A stretch of 64,000 bases of DNA from Deltaproteobacteria bacterium (GTDB lineage: Bacteria; Desulfobacterota; GWC2-55-46), in NCBI GenBank assembly GCA_020846435.1, contig JADLDY010000035.1:6077-70076 (forward strand), read 5' to 3'. The translations under genes and the position numbers were made by a program. This document shows, in pieces, positions 36,211 to 46,597 of this stretch. The stretch's first letter is position 1. Every line of letters begins with the position of its first letter. The notes under the pieces are model-generated. The model was given only the letters and a program-made list of their open reading frames with translations. It was not told where the DNA came from and ran no database searches.

Positions 36211-38496
36211 ATGAGACAAAAACTTGCGGCTGGCCTTTACGCCAGGGTTCTGATTTTGGCCCTCTGCCTCCTTATCACATCGTGCGGCGGGTCTGAAAGA
36301 AAGTTCACGAAGCACATCGAAAAGGGAAATGAGTACTACGCCGCCTCGCATTACAAGGAAGCGGCCATAGAGTTCAAGAACGCCATCCAGATAAAACCGG
36401 ATGACGCCAACGCCCATTACAGCCTCGGACTTGCCTACTTCAGGCTCGGCGGGCCGTCCTACCTGCCCGCTGCCTTCAAGTCTTTCTCAAAGGCCGCTGA
36501 ACTCAACCCGGGCCACCTTGACGCCCAGACAAAGATAGGCGAGTTCCTGCTGCTTTCAAGGGACGTGGAAAAAGCCGTCCAGCAGGCAGAGCTGGTCCTC
36601 GCCAAAGACAAGGGGCATCTTGACGCGACGATACTCCTGGCCAACACAAAAGCGGCAAAACGCAAATTCGCCGAGGCTAAAACGCTTCTGACGGCTCTGG
36701 CTGAGGCGCACCCTGAGTCGACCAAGCCGCGCCTCGCTCTCTCGACGATACACCTCGCCTCCGGCGACAAGGCGGCCGCCATCGACGTCCTCAAAAAAGT
36801 CATCGCCTCTGACAAATCCGTAGAGCCGCGCCTCGCGCTCTCGACCATGTACCTCCTCGACAATAATCTGCCGGCCGCGGAAGAGACTCTCAACAACGCC
36901 ATCAGCGAAAACCCCAAGAGCACCGCGCTACTTGGCTCCCTGACAAACCTCTATATAATATCGAGAAGGCCGGAGCTGGCGGCCCAGACAGCGGAGAAGC
37001 TGATCGCCGCTTCTGAAGACAAGCCCGAAGGCTACATGATCCTCGCGAACATCCAGAGAGCCTCCGGCAACGCTCAAAAAGCCAGGGAGACGCTGAAAAA
37101 GGGGATCGAGCAATCTAAGGAACATTTACAGCTCGAAAAACTCCTCGCCGCCGATTACATCGAGACCAGAGAGGCTGGCGAAGCCTCCGCGACTATCTCA
37201 AAGATACTCGAAAAGGACCCCAAGGACCCTGAAGGCCTCTTCCTCAGGGGAAGGCTCCTCATGCTCGAGCGCAAGCCCTCTGAGGCCCTCCCTGACCTCA
37301 AGGCATATGTCGAGGCCAACCCGAGATCGCCCCTTGGCCAGTACTTCTACGGCCTGGCCAACATGATGACCGGCAACGCCGCCGTAGCAAAGACCGCCTT
37401 CAGCGAAGCCGTCACTTTAGCGCCCCAATACAATGAGGCGTCGTTCATGCTGGCGGTCTCGTACCTTGAGACGGGAGAAGTGAAGCTCGCCGACGCGCAG
37501 GCGCAAAAACTCCAGTCAAGGAACCCGTCATACCCCGGGCTCAACATGCTCATGGGAGACATCAGGTCCAGACAGGGCAGGCACGCCGAGGCGATAAGGT
37601 ACTTTGAGGCTCACACAAAGAACAACCCGCAGGACGCGAAGGGCTTCGTAAAGCTGGGCGCCGCCCAGAGAGCCACCGGCAACCTGCAACAGGCTCTGGC
37701 GAACGCCGAGAAGTCGTTTTCAATTGCCCCTGACGACGAGGCCCTTGCCCTCGCTCTTTCAATCGACCTTTCGTCAAGGAACTACGAGCGGGCCCTCTCC
37801 AGAATAAACGGCCAGATATCCAGGACCCCTGACAGAGCCGAACTCTATATCCTCCTCGGCAGGGTCCACTCAGCTGCCGGCGACAACGCCAAAGCTGAGC
37901 AGTCCTTCAGGACTGCCATTGAAAAGGACGGCAAACTCTTCCAGGCTTATGTCGCGCTCGGCGGCCTCTATTCGCGCAAGGGTTCGCTCGACGACGCCAT
38001 AAAGCAGTACAGGGAATCAGTAAGGGTCAACCCCAGGGCGCTGCCCTCCTACATGATAATCGGCATGCTGAGCGAGAAAAAGGGAGACTTCATTGGAGCC
38101 ATGGAAGCGTACAAGAAGGCGCTCGAGATCGAGCCGAAGTTCGCTCCTGCCGCCAACAACCTCGCGTGGCTTTATTCGGAAAAGGGCGGCAACATAGACA
38201 TGGCGCTCACCCTTGCCGAGACAGCCAAGGAGCAGCTTCCCAACGAGCCAGCCATCTCAGATACGCTTGGATGGATATACTACAAGAAGCAGGCGTATCT
38301 CAAGGCTGTAAGCCATTTGAAGGAAAGCGCCGCGGCCCTTCCGAACGAGCCGTCCATAAGGTATCACCTCGGCATGGCCTACTACAAAAAGGGAGACACG
38401 GCTCTGGCCAGACAGGAACTGAAGAAGGCCCTCAGCATAAAGAGCGATTTCGAAGGTGCGGACGAGGCGCGCAAGACCCTCGCGGCCCTGAAGTGA
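36211..38496 (+). CDS. prsT: PEP-CTERM system TPR-repeat lipoprotein PrsT
   Basis: Lipobox LLITSC, then about 20 TPR repeats across 761 aa (A..YY/LG.AY...G....A motifs). Exosortase locus context. Confidence 0.8.
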   Translation: MRQKLAAGLYARVLILALCLLITSCGGSERKFTKHIEKGNEYYAASHYKEAAIEFKNAIQIKPDDANAHYSLGLAYFRLGGPSYLPAAFKSFSKAAELNPGHLDAQTKIGEFLLLSRDVEKAVQQAELVLAKDKGHLDATILLANTKAAKRKFAEAKTLLTALAEAHPESTKPRLALSTIHLASGDKAAAIDVLKKVIASDKSVEPRLALSTMYLLDNNLPAAEETLNNAISENPKSTALLGSLTNLYIISRRPELAAQTAEKLIAASEDKPEGYMILANIQRASGNAQKARETLKKGIEQSKEHLQLEKLLAADYIETREAGEASATISKILEKDPKDPEGLFLRGRLLMLERKPSEALPDLKAYVEANPRSPLGQYFYGLANMMTGNAAVAKTAFSEAVTLAPQYNEASFMLAVSYLETGEVKLADAQAQKLQSRNPSYPGLNMLMGDIRSRQGRHAEAIRYFEAHTKNNPQDAKGFVKLGAAQRATGNLQQALANAEKSFSIAPDDEALALALSIDLSSRNYERALSRINGQISRTPDRAELYILLGRVHSAAGDNAKAEQSFRTAIEKDGKLFQAYVALGGLYSRKGSLDDAIKQYRESVRVNPRALPSYMIIGMLSEKKGDFIGAMEAYKKALEIEPKFAPAANNLAWLYSEKGGNIDMALTLAETAKEQLPNEPAISDTLGWIYYKKQAYLKAVSHLKESAAALPNEPSIRYHLGMAYYKKGDTALARQELKKALSIKSDFEGADEARKTLAALK

Positions 38497-38517
38497 TAAA
38501 AAAGCGCATACAGGAGA

Positions 38518-39843
38518 ATGAAGAGCATGGCGGATAATTACGGCGCACTTGAGAAGCTCATACAGGAGAAGAAAGCGCGCATCGGCGTCATAGGCCTCGG
38601 CTACGTCGGCCTGCCCATCGTGTTGAGGTTCTGCGAGGAGGGCCTGCCGGTCACGGGCTTTGACGTCGACCCGGAAAAGATAAAGCTGATAAAAAAAGGG
38701 AAGTCTTACATAAAGCACATCCCTTCAGAAAAGATAGCGCAGTTCGCGCTCGGCAGGAAGCCGTCCCTTGCCGTCACGACCGACATGTCCGGCCTCGCCA
38801 AGATGGACGCCATCATCATATGCGTGCCCACCCCGCTTTCAGACAAGCGCGAGCCTGACCTCACCTATGTGGAGAACACTGGGATAGAGATCGCGAAGTA
38901 CCTGAGAAAAGGCCAGATAGTCTCGCTCGAGTCAACGACCTATCCGGGAACCACCGACGAGCTCCTGCTACCGATGTTCGAGGCCAGAGGCCTCAAAGCA
39001 GGCAAGGACTTCTTCCTCGTCTTCTCCCCTGAGAGGGAAGACCCGGGCAGGGCGGACTTCAACATAAAGACGACCCCGAAGATAGTCGGCGGCTTCACCC
39101 CGAAGTGCGCCAGGCTCGGAGAAGCCGTGTACTCGCACATAGTCGACAGGGTCGTAAAGGTCTCTTCGACAAGGGTCGCCGAGATGTCAAAGCTCCTCGA
39201 GAACATTTACAGGAGCGTGAACATCGCCCTCGTCAACGAGCTCAAGCTCCTTTGCGACAGGATGAACATAGACATATGGGAGGTCATCGAGGCCTCCAAG
39301 ACCAAGCCTTTCGGCTTCCAGGCCTTTTATCCCGGCCCGGGACTCGGCGGCCACTGCATACCCATAGACCCGTTCTACCTGACGTGGAAGGCGAAGGAGT
39401 TTGACTTCTCGACGAGGTTCATAGAGCTCGCCGGAGAGATAAACACCAACATGCCCTACCATGTCGTCACAAAGGTGATGGAGGCCCTGAACGACAGGGG
39501 CAAGAGCCTCAAAGGCGCGAAGGTGATGCTCCTTGGAGTCGCGTACAAGAAGAACGTCGACGACATGAGGGAGTCTCCCTCAATGGAGCTCATAAGGATC
39601 CTCAAGGAAAAAGGGGCGAAGGTCGTCTATAACGACCCGCACGTGCCTCTGGCGATAAGCCACAGGAAGCACTTCAGGATGCGCTCGACCCCGCTTAAGA
39701 ACCTCAAAAGCTATGACTGCGTTCTCATATCAACCGACCACTCGGCCTATGATTACAAGTGGATCGTGAAAAACAGCCAGCTCGTGGTCGACACCAGGAA
39801 CGCGACCGCCGGCATAAAGGCAAAGAACATTGTCAAAGCCTGA
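38518..39843 (+). CDS. nucleotide-sugar dehydrogenase (UDP-N-acetylhexosamine 6-dehydrogenase-like, WbpA/TviB type)
   Basis: NAD fold IGVIGLGYVGLP and catalytic GGHCIPIDP. ATG at 38527 is an alternative start. Confidence 0.85.
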   Translation: MKSMADNYGALEKLIQEKKARIGVIGLGYVGLPIVLRFCEEGLPVTGFDVDPEKIKLIKKGKSYIKHIPSEKIAQFALGRKPSLAVTTDMSGLAKMDAIIICVPTPLSDKREPDLTYVENTGIEIAKYLRKGQIVSLESTTYPGTTDELLLPMFEARGLKAGKDFFLVFSPEREDPGRADFNIKTTPKIVGGFTPKCARLGEAVYSHIVDRVVKVSSTRVAEMSKLLENIYRSVNIALVNELKLLCDRMNIDIWEVIEASKTKPFGFQAFYPGPGLGGHCIPIDPFYLTWKAKEFDFSTRFIELAGEINTNMPYHVVTKVMEALNDRGKSLKGAKVMLLGVAYKKNVDDMRESPSMELIRILKEKGAKVVYNDPHVPLAISHRKHFRMRSTPLKNLKSYDCVLISTDHSAYDYKWIVKNSQLVVDTRNATAGIKAKNIVKA

Positions 39844-39862
39844 AACCATCTGAACTTGAAAA

Positions 39863-39891
39863 GGGGCTGCCCATTGGCAGCCCCTTTTTTT
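39863..39891 (+). terminator. Rho-independent terminator
   Basis: GGGGCTGCC-CATT-GGCAGCCCC followed by a T7 run. Confidence 0.8.
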
Positions 39892-39911
39892 ATTCTGACG
39901 CACTCTGAAAT

Positions 39912-39944
39912 AAAAAAAGCCCCTGCGCTGAGCAGGGGCTTTTT
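39912..39944 (-). terminator. Rho-independent (bidirectional) terminator downstream of the minus-strand PEP-CTERM gene
   Basis: GCCCCTGC-GCTGA-GCAGGGGC flanked by an A7 run and a T5 run. Confidence 0.7.
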
Positions 39945-39963
39945 GTCTGTTGTCTGGTATTGA

Positions 39964-40710
39964 CTACTTCCTCTTGAGCCTTCTCGAGAAGTAAAGGCCG
40001 GTCAGGCCTGAGCCCATGAGGAGAAGGGTCGCCGGCTCAGGGACCGAATGCGTTGTGGTTGAGCCTGACTCCGCGTCATGCGAGAACGGGGCGAACTTGG
40101 AAACATCAATGTCTCCCGTGGTGCAGCCAAGGGTGGCATTGTAGAGGTCGAAGTGGATGTTATAGCCTGTCGCGAGAGAGCTGACGTCCACATCGAACAT
40201 GGCGTAATACATGGAACCGTTCGAGTTGTAGGCCGTGTTGATGGCCCCGCCTGAAATGGCCCTGTCCTGGCTGTTGTAAGACGCTATCCTGTTTGCGGAA
40301 CTGAACTGGAAATCAAACTCCTTGAAGTAGGTCGGGAAAACACCGTGGGTCGCCAGGTCTCCCTTGTCAGCCGCGAGGATCGACTCGAGGGGGGGGACGC
40401 CATAACTCATATCCGAGGTGGCGTTTACCGTTGCCCCGTTGAACGTGAAGGAGCCGAGCGACGCATCTGTCTTCACCTGGGGCGTAAGGGCAGCCGATAT
40501 GTAATAAGTATCGCTCAGAGTGTTGGATGAGTTGGGCCTTATGAGCGCGTAGAGCCTGAAGGTATCGGAGTTGGCTACGATTGTCTCGGAGCCGTAATCA
40601 TACCCGCCTCCGGCGATATCGAGCTGCAAGGTCGGTACGGCGTTGGCCTCAAGAGGGATACAACCGAGAACCGCAAGGCTGAAGATGGCGCCAATGATCT
40701 TTCTTTTCAT
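39964..40710 (-). CDS. PEP-CTERM sorting-domain protein (exosortase substrate)
   Basis: Signal peptide MKRKIIGAIFSLAVLGCIPLEANA. C-terminus VPEPATLLLMGSGLTGLYFSRRLKRK*. Confidence 0.9.
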   Translation of the reverse strand: MKRKIIGAIFSLAVLGCIPLEANAVPTLQLDIAGGGYDYGSETIVANSDTFRLYALIRPNSSNTLSDTYYISAALTPQVKTDASLGSFTFNGATVNATSDMSYGVPPLESILAADKGDLATHGVFPTYFKEFDFQFSSANRIASYNSQDRAISGGAINTAYNSNGSMYYAMFDVDVSSLATGYNIHFDLYNATLGCTTGDIDVSKFAPFSHDAESGSTTTHSVPEPATLLLMGSGLTGLYFSRRLKRK

Positions 40711-40751
40711 GTCATACCCTCCGGTAACTACTGCTGATGAGCATATGAGAT

Positions 40752-40767
40752 TGCAACCTTCATGCCA
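40752..40767 (-). promoter_or_regulatory. sigma-54 (-24/-12) promoter
   Basis: The minus strand reads TGGCAT-GAAGG-TTGCA with canonical spacing. It lies about 40 nt upstream of the ATG at 40710, and a GGAGGG RBS follows. Confidence 0.72.
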
Positions 40768-40972
40768 TCACCGGAAGACAACCATAACTCTTTGATTTTT
40801 ATTGATTTCAAAACAAGGAGGTACTGAGGAGCGCTCTGATATGTAAAAAAATGTGACGAAATTGCCGTTTTGAGAGGGTAAAGCGTATATGCAATTAAAA
40901 GATGTTATTTTTCAAGGCCTTACGAGGAGTTTGACCGGAAAATCACCCTACCTCATTATTAAAATTTTACAT

Positions 40973-42169
40973 TTACCCTACCACCTGGTTGAGCTCGAAT
41001 ATGGGGAGCAGTATGGCAAGGACGATGAAGCCGACTATAAGGCCCATGGCCAGTATGAGCCCGGGCTCGAGCAGGGCCATGGCTCTTGCAACCGAAGAAT
41101 CAAACTCCCTTTCATAGTACGAAGCGGCTTTTACGAGGAGCTTGCCGAGCTCTCCGCTTTTTTCACCTGTCGAAGTCATCTGCGTGAGCATGGCCGGGAA
41201 AAGGCCTGACGCCCTGAGGCTCTTCGACAGGCCAGCCCCTTCCGAGACTTCAACCATCGCCTTCTGGATCGCCTTTTTATAGATGGACGCGCTCATGACC
41301 TTTGAGGCGAGGTCAAGGGCCTTTATTATCGGCACGCCGGTAAGGAGCAGGTTGCCGAGGGTCGCCGAAAAGGAGGCCGCCTGAAACCTCCTGTATGCGC
41401 CTCCGGCAACAGGGAGCTTGAGGATAAACCGCTCGAGGGCCTCCCGCCCGTTTTCAGTCTTGAGGATACGCCTCCCGCCGAAAAAAGCCGCGACCAAGAG
41501 CGCCAGCATGACGTGCCAGTAGCCGGAGACAGCGTCAACGATGAAAAAAAGCGCCCTCGTGACGAGCGGGAGCGCCCTCTGGGTGTCTTCGAAGACCTGG
41601 GTTATCCTCGGCAGGACATAGGCGAAGAGGAAAAAGAGCACAGCCGAGCCTACGACGGTCATGACCGCAGGGTATATCATGGCCGAGGCGACCTTCTCCC
41701 TGAACCTCGCTTTTGAGTCAAGGTATTCCGCGACCCTCACGAGCGCCTCTTCGAGCGTGCCGCTCTCTTCGCCTGCCTCGGCGACGCGGCCGAGGAACTC
41801 GGGGAATATCTTCGGATGGGCAGACAAGGCCCTTGAAAGGGAGGAGCCCTCGCCTACCTTTTCGCGCACATCTGTGAGCGCGCCTGCCAGTACCTGATTT
41901 TCAGTCTCAAGTGCGATTATTGAGAGAGCCTCGTAAAGCGGAGTTCCGGCGTTAAGGAGAGTCGAGAGCTGGCGGACGGATGAAGAGAGAGCGGAGTCGG
42001 AGACCGTCCTGGAAAAAAAAGCCTTCGCGCTTTCCTTGGCTGAGATGTCGCTGGCAAAAAGGCCCTCCTGACGGAGCCTTTCAGCCGCCTCCCTCCTGGC
42101 GCCGGCTTCAAGCTCGCCCGAGAACTCCTTGCCTGAGGCGTTATATGCTCTGTAACGGAAGACTGTCAT
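40973..42169 (-). CDS. gspF: type II secretion system inner-membrane platform protein GspF
   Basis: 398 aa with two repeated T2SSF domains and 3 TMs. The C-terminus ...LLEPGLILAMGLIVGFIVLAILLPIFELN is typical of GspF/PilC. Confidence 0.9.
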   Translation of the reverse strand: MTVFRYRAYNASGKEFSGELEAGARREAAERLRQEGLFASDISAKESAKAFFSRTVSDSALSSSVRQLSTLLNAGTPLYEALSIIALETENQVLAGALTDVREKVGEGSSLSRALSAHPKIFPEFLGRVAEAGEESGTLEEALVRVAEYLDSKARFREKVASAMIYPAVMTVVGSAVLFFLFAYVLPRITQVFEDTQRALPLVTRALFFIVDAVSGYWHVMLALLVAAFFGGRRILKTENGREALERFILKLPVAGGAYRRFQAASFSATLGNLLLTGVPIIKALDLASKVMSASIYKKAIQKAMVEVSEGAGLSKSLRASGLFPAMLTQMTSTGEKSGELGKLLVKAASYYEREFDSSVARAMALLEPGLILAMGLIVGFIVLAILLPIFELNQVVG

Positions 42170-42300
42170 TTTCCCCTGCGTCAGCTGCTGAAAAAAAGGA
42201 CTCTGCCCGGGTTGTTTAAAAACTCCATGCTCTGCCAGTCAGGAAGCGAGACGTACTTACAATGACAACGGCGCAGATGGGGCTTTTTGAGCAGCCTGAG

Positions 42301-43812
42301 TCAGTCGCCCATTGAAACCCTTATTACCTCTTCGAGGCTCGTTATCCCCTGCGCGGCCTTCCTGAGGCCGTCCTCATTCAAGGTCGTCATGCCCTTTGAT
42401 ATGGCGTGCTCCCTTATGGTCGAAGCGTCAACGCTCTTCAAAAGGAGCGCCCTCATCTCCGGGTCTATGTGCATGAACTCGAATATGCCTGTCTGCCCCC
42501 TGTAACCCGTACCCATGCATTTAGGGCAGCCTTTGGCCTTCCAGAGAGAGGAAGGCGCTCCAGCCTTGAAAAGGGCCTTCTCAGAGGGGCTCAAAGGATG
42601 CTCTTCCCTGCATGAGGGGCAAAGGACCCTAACGAGCCTCTGGCCTATGACGGCCAGAAGGGAGGATGACAGAAGAAAAGGCTCGACGCCCATGTCAACG
42701 AGGCGCGTGACCGCGGTCGGCGCATCGTTAGTATGGAGGGTCGACAAGACGAGGTGGCCCGTGAGAGAGGCCTGTATGGCCATGGCCGCTGTCTCAGGGT
42801 CCCTTATCTCGCCGACCATTATGACATCAGGGTCCTGCCTCAGCACGCTCCTCAAGCCGCTCGCGAAGGTAAGTCCTATCTTCGAGTTGACCTGTATCTG
42901 GCCGACGCCCTTCAGCTGGTACTCGACCGGGTCTTCTACTGTTATTACGTTCCTCTCATTGATGTTTATCCTGTTGAGCGCGGCGTAAAGTGTCGTCGTC
43001 TTGCCTGAGCCTGTCGGCCCGGTCGAGAGTATTATCCCGGTCGAGCGCGTGAGAAGTGCCTCCACGGAAGCCTCCTGCGGCTTGCTCAAGCCAAGCTCGG
43101 AGAGCCTTACAAGCCCTCCCTTCCTGTCAAGAAGCCTTATGACGACCCTTTCGCCGAACGAGGTAGGCACTGTCGAGACCCTCGCGTCTATGTCGTTTCC
43201 GGCGACAAGGAGCCTTATCCTGCCGTCCTGCGGGAGCCTCTTTTCCGCTATGTCGAGGCCGCTCATTATCTTGACCCTCGAGACGAGAGAATCCTGCACG
43301 GCCTTTGGCGGCGAGATGACATGAGAGAGAACACCGTCCCTCCTGAAGCGCACCTCGAGCTCCCGCTCGTACGGCTCTATGTGCACGTCACTCGCCTTCT
43401 CCTTCACGGCCTGGAAAAGGAGCGAGTTCAAAAGCCTTATGACAGGCGCTTCATCGACGAGCTCGAGGAGGTCTCTTGGCCCTTCCCACTGTCTGGCCAC
43501 GGCCTCCAGGCTCTCTTCGCTTATCTCCTCGGCGACCCTCTCGGCTGTGCCCGAAGGCCTCTCGTAGATCCTGTGTATGGCGTCGAGCACCTCTCCGGCC
43601 GGGACGAGCACCGGGACGACCTTCATGTTGAAGGCTCTCCTCACCTCGTCGAGCGCGTGCAGAGAAGCCGGGTCGGCAATCGCTACCAGGAGCCCGTCAG
43701 CCGAAGCGTGAAGCGGCAGGACGAGGTTCTTCTTGACGAACGAGAGCGGCAGCTTCTCCGCGAAAGCGGCCGTGAGGTCGGAGTCGTCTATGTTGTCTTT
43801 TTTCAGCAGCAT
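42301..43812 (-). CDS. gspE: type II secretion ATPase GspE
   Basis: Walker A GPTGSGKTT, Asp box, Walker B IMVGEIRD, His box TGHLVLSTLHTN and a tetracysteine CPSC...CPKC. Confidence 0.92.
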   Translation of the reverse strand: MLLKKDNIDDSDLTAAFAEKLPLSFVKKNLVLPLHASADGLLVAIADPASLHALDEVRRAFNMKVVPVLVPAGEVLDAIHRIYERPSGTAERVAEEISEESLEAVARQWEGPRDLLELVDEAPVIRLLNSLLFQAVKEKASDVHIEPYERELEVRFRRDGVLSHVISPPKAVQDSLVSRVKIMSGLDIAEKRLPQDGRIRLLVAGNDIDARVSTVPTSFGERVVIRLLDRKGGLVRLSELGLSKPQEASVEALLTRSTGIILSTGPTGSGKTTTLYAALNRININERNVITVEDPVEYQLKGVGQIQVNSKIGLTFASGLRSVLRQDPDVIMVGEIRDPETAAMAIQASLTGHLVLSTLHTNDAPTAVTRLVDMGVEPFLLSSSLLAVIGQRLVRVLCPSCREEHPLSPSEKALFKAGAPSSLWKAKGCPKCMGTGYRGQTGIFEFMHIDPEMRALLLKSVDASTIREHAISKGMTTLNEDGLRKAAQGITSLEEVIRVSMGD

Positions 43813-43825
43813 CTTTTGAGCGGCC

Positions 43826-45766
43826 CTATTTTTTCAGAGCGCCGTCCTTTTTCTCGCCGTCTGTGAAGGCGCCCTTGTTGTACTCTTCTTCCTTCTTGAG
43901 CTTGATCTCTTCGAGGCGCTCGAAGTCCTTGACTATCGTAGGCGTAAGATAGACAAGGAGGTTCGCCTTCTCCTTCTTGGTCGACTGGAACTTGAAGAGC
44001 CAGCCCAGGAGCGGGATGTCGCCCAGGAGAGGAACCTTGGTCACGCTCTTCGTTACCCTGTCCTGTATGAGCCCGCCGATGACGACCGTCTGCTTGTCCT
44101 TCACGACTACCGAGGTCTTGGCCGAACGCTTCGTGGTTATGAGGTCAGAGGCATTCTCCGCCATTGGCGCTATCGCGGATATCTCCTGATAGATGTCGAG
44201 CCTTATGTAGTCCCCTTCGCTTATCTGCGGCTTTATCCTCAGGGTTATGCCGACATCCTTTCTCTCTATCGACTGGAGAACGGGCTGGTTCAACGTCCCG
44301 GACTCCCTTTCGATCTTGCTGAGGAACGGGACATTCTCGCCGACGATTATCTCGGCTTCCCTGTTGTCGCTCGTCAGTATGTGGGGGGTCGACAGGACGT
44401 TGATCGCGTCCTTGAACTCGGAGAGGCTGAACAGTGCCGCGAACCCCGGAACAGAAAGATTTGTTACCGTGCCGTCGGCCAGTGTCATGGGCACGGTTAT
44501 GAAGTTCGAGAGGCCGCCTATCGTAAGACCGGCCATGCCGCTCATGATGTTCTGTATCGCGGATGAGTCTATCGTACCGGCCCCGCCTATGAGTATGGGG
44601 TTCGAGTCCTTCTCGGCCATGGCGCGCCACTTCGTCCCGAGCTCGAGGGTCTTGTCAAGCGAGACCTCGGTTATCATTGCCTCGACAAAGACCTGCTTCG
44701 GCCTCCTGTCGAGCTTTGATATGACCTGTATCGTCTCCTGATAGTCTTCAGGAGAGGCGACTATTACAAGGGAGTTTGTCGCCTTGTCAGCCGTGACAGA
44801 TACGCGCAGGAGCGCCTCTGTGCCCCCTTGCGCCACTGCAGGAACGCCGGAGGCGGCGGGAGCCCCTGAGCCCTTCAGGGCGGCGAGCACCTTGGCGACC
44901 TCTACTGCCTCGGCGTTCTCAAGGTAGTATACGTTCACCCTGGAGCTTGCCGCGGGAGCCTGGGAATCGAGCGCGGCTATCATATCCCTGTGCCTCGCGT
45001 TCTCCTCGGGGGTCCCGTAGAGCACCATGGCGTTGAGCCTGACATCAGCCATCACTGTCGTCTGCCCCTGCTCGTCGGTGCGCTGCGGCATTATCTGGCG
45101 GAGCGATGCCGCGACGGTCGAGGCCTGCGAGTTCTTCAGGAAGACTATCTCGGGGGGGGCGCCTGTTGGCCCGACGTCGATAAGCTTGACGATCTTCAGG
45201 ATCTTCTCTACGTTGAGGGCGCTGTCCACGATAAGTATGGACCTGGTGTCCCTGCCGAAGCCCGCGATATAACCATCCTTCGAGACAAGCGGCTGGACCG
45301 CGCTGATGACGTCCCTGCCCTGCACGTGCACGAGCTTGACGAGCATGGCCACATACTTCTCGTTGGCCTTGAACCCTTTTGTGCTGTCGAGCACCTCGAA
45401 GGCAGCCTGCTTTGCCTCTGATGACGGGATTATCTTGAATGACTTTCCGGCAGGCACGACCGAGTAGCCACGGAGCCTCAGGACGGAGATGAACAGGTCG
45501 AACGCCTCGTCAGGCGTGAGCTTCGAGGTAGAGGTTATCGTTATCTTGCCGGAGACCTCAGAGCCGAATATGAAGTTCTTCCCGGTCAGCCTGCTCATGA
45601 GGTCGGTGACGGCCGTGATGTCGACGTCGACGAAGTTTATAAGCACCGACCTGTCGGCGGATGCCGCCTTCTTCTGCGCGGCGTTTGACGCCCCAGGCGG
45701 CAGGCTCAGAAGAGCGAGGATGAGGACTATCAGAAACAGGAATTTTCTCGGCGTCTTGTTCATCAC
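43826..45766 (-). CDS. gspD: type II secretion secretin GspD
   Basis: Signal peptide, N0-N3 repeats and a secretin domain (VVIGGLI...VPLLGDIPLLGWLF). Confidence 0.9.
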   Translation of the reverse strand: MMNKTPRKFLFLIVLILALLSLPPGASNAAQKKAASADRSVLINFVDVDITAVTDLMSRLTGKNFIFGSEVSGKITITSTSKLTPDEAFDLFISVLRLRGYSVVPAGKSFKIIPSSEAKQAAFEVLDSTKGFKANEKYVAMLVKLVHVQGRDVISAVQPLVSKDGYIAGFGRDTRSILIVDSALNVEKILKIVKLIDVGPTGAPPEIVFLKNSQASTVAASLRQIMPQRTDEQGQTTVMADVRLNAMVLYGTPEENARHRDMIAALDSQAPAASSRVNVYYLENAEAVEVAKVLAALKGSGAPAASGVPAVAQGGTEALLRVSVTADKATNSLVIVASPEDYQETIQVISKLDRRPKQVFVEAMITEVSLDKTLELGTKWRAMAEKDSNPILIGGAGTIDSSAIQNIMSGMAGLTIGGLSNFITVPMTLADGTVTNLSVPGFAALFSLSEFKDAINVLSTPHILTSDNREAEIIVGENVPFLSKIERESGTLNQPVLQSIERKDVGITLRIKPQISEGDYIRLDIYQEISAIAPMAENASDLITTKRSAKTSVVVKDKQTVVIGGLIQDRVTKSVTKVPLLGDIPLLGWLFKFQSTKKEKANLLVYLTPTIVKDFERLEEIKLKKEEEYNKGAFTDGEKKDGALKK

Positions 45767-45771
45767 GTACC

Positions 45772-46596
45772 TTATCTTATCTGATATCGAAGAGTTCTGG
45801 GCTGTTTGCCCCTTAAAACATCCACCTTGACCTCTGTCTCACCCTTGAGCCCGCCGAGTATCTGGGCGACCTTGCCCGGGGAGTCGAGCTTATACTCGTT
45901 TATGCTGAGGACCACGTCTCCGTTCTGCAGCCCTATGAGGCCGAAGACGCCGCCTGTCTTGATCTCGCTCACCTGAAAGCCGCTCAACTTGCCGCCCTCG
46001 ACATAGGGCGTGAACCTGGCGTCAGTCAAGACCTTGTCCATGTTGTCGAAGATCCCCTCGACAGCCCTCTGGTCAACGACCCAGCGGCCGTCCCCCCTGC
46101 TCGAAGCGATCTGGCTGCTTTGCGCCTGAGGCTCGCCTGTTTGCGCCGCCATAGGCATTGACGACGGGACCGCGAAGGAAAACTTCCTTGCGCCGCTTGA
46201 GAGCTCCGCCTTCCGCGTGCCTATTGAGACGAGGGTGCCGCCCCCGAAAACGCTCTCGCCTGTCTTGAAGGCCTTCTGCTTGCCTGTCGCGGTATCCATG
46301 AATATCGCGTAGCCCATGCCTTCGGCCGTGCCGACGAGGATAAGGCCAGATGGCGAGAGTTCCTGATCGCCAGCCCCGGAGGACGGAAGGCTGCCTTTTC
46401 CAAAGAGGCCGCCATCGGGGATCGAGGCGTACTCTGAAAGAGAGCGAGCCTGAGCAGCCGTCTTTACCTCAAGAGGGCGGCTCCTGATCTCTTCTCCCCC
46501 GTACCTGAGCACGACGGCTTCCTTTGCCGCGAACGCCGCCACCGCGACGGCCGCCGTCCCAAGCAGGATATTTATTATAAGGAGCGCCCTTCTCAT
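45772..46596 (-). CDS. gspC: GspC-like protein (N-terminal TM + C-terminal PDZ domain)
   Basis: TM LLIINILLGTAAVAVAAF. PDZ-like GFQVSEIKTGGVFGLIGLQNGDVVLSINEYKL. Position immediately upstream of gspD. Confidence 0.6.
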   Translation of the reverse strand: MRRALLIINILLGTAAVAVAAFAAKEAVVLRYGGEEIRSRPLEVKTAAQARSLSEYASIPDGGLFGKGSLPSSGAGDQELSPSGLILVGTAEGMGYAIFMDTATGKQKAFKTGESVFGGGTLVSIGTRKAELSSGARKFSFAVPSSMPMAAQTGEPQAQSSQIASSRGDGRWVVDQRAVEGIFDNMDKVLTDARFTPYVEGGKLSGFQVSEIKTGGVFGLIGLQNGDVVLSINEYKLDSPGKVAQILGGLKGETEVKVDVLRGKQPRTLRYQIR

Positions 46597-46597
46597 C

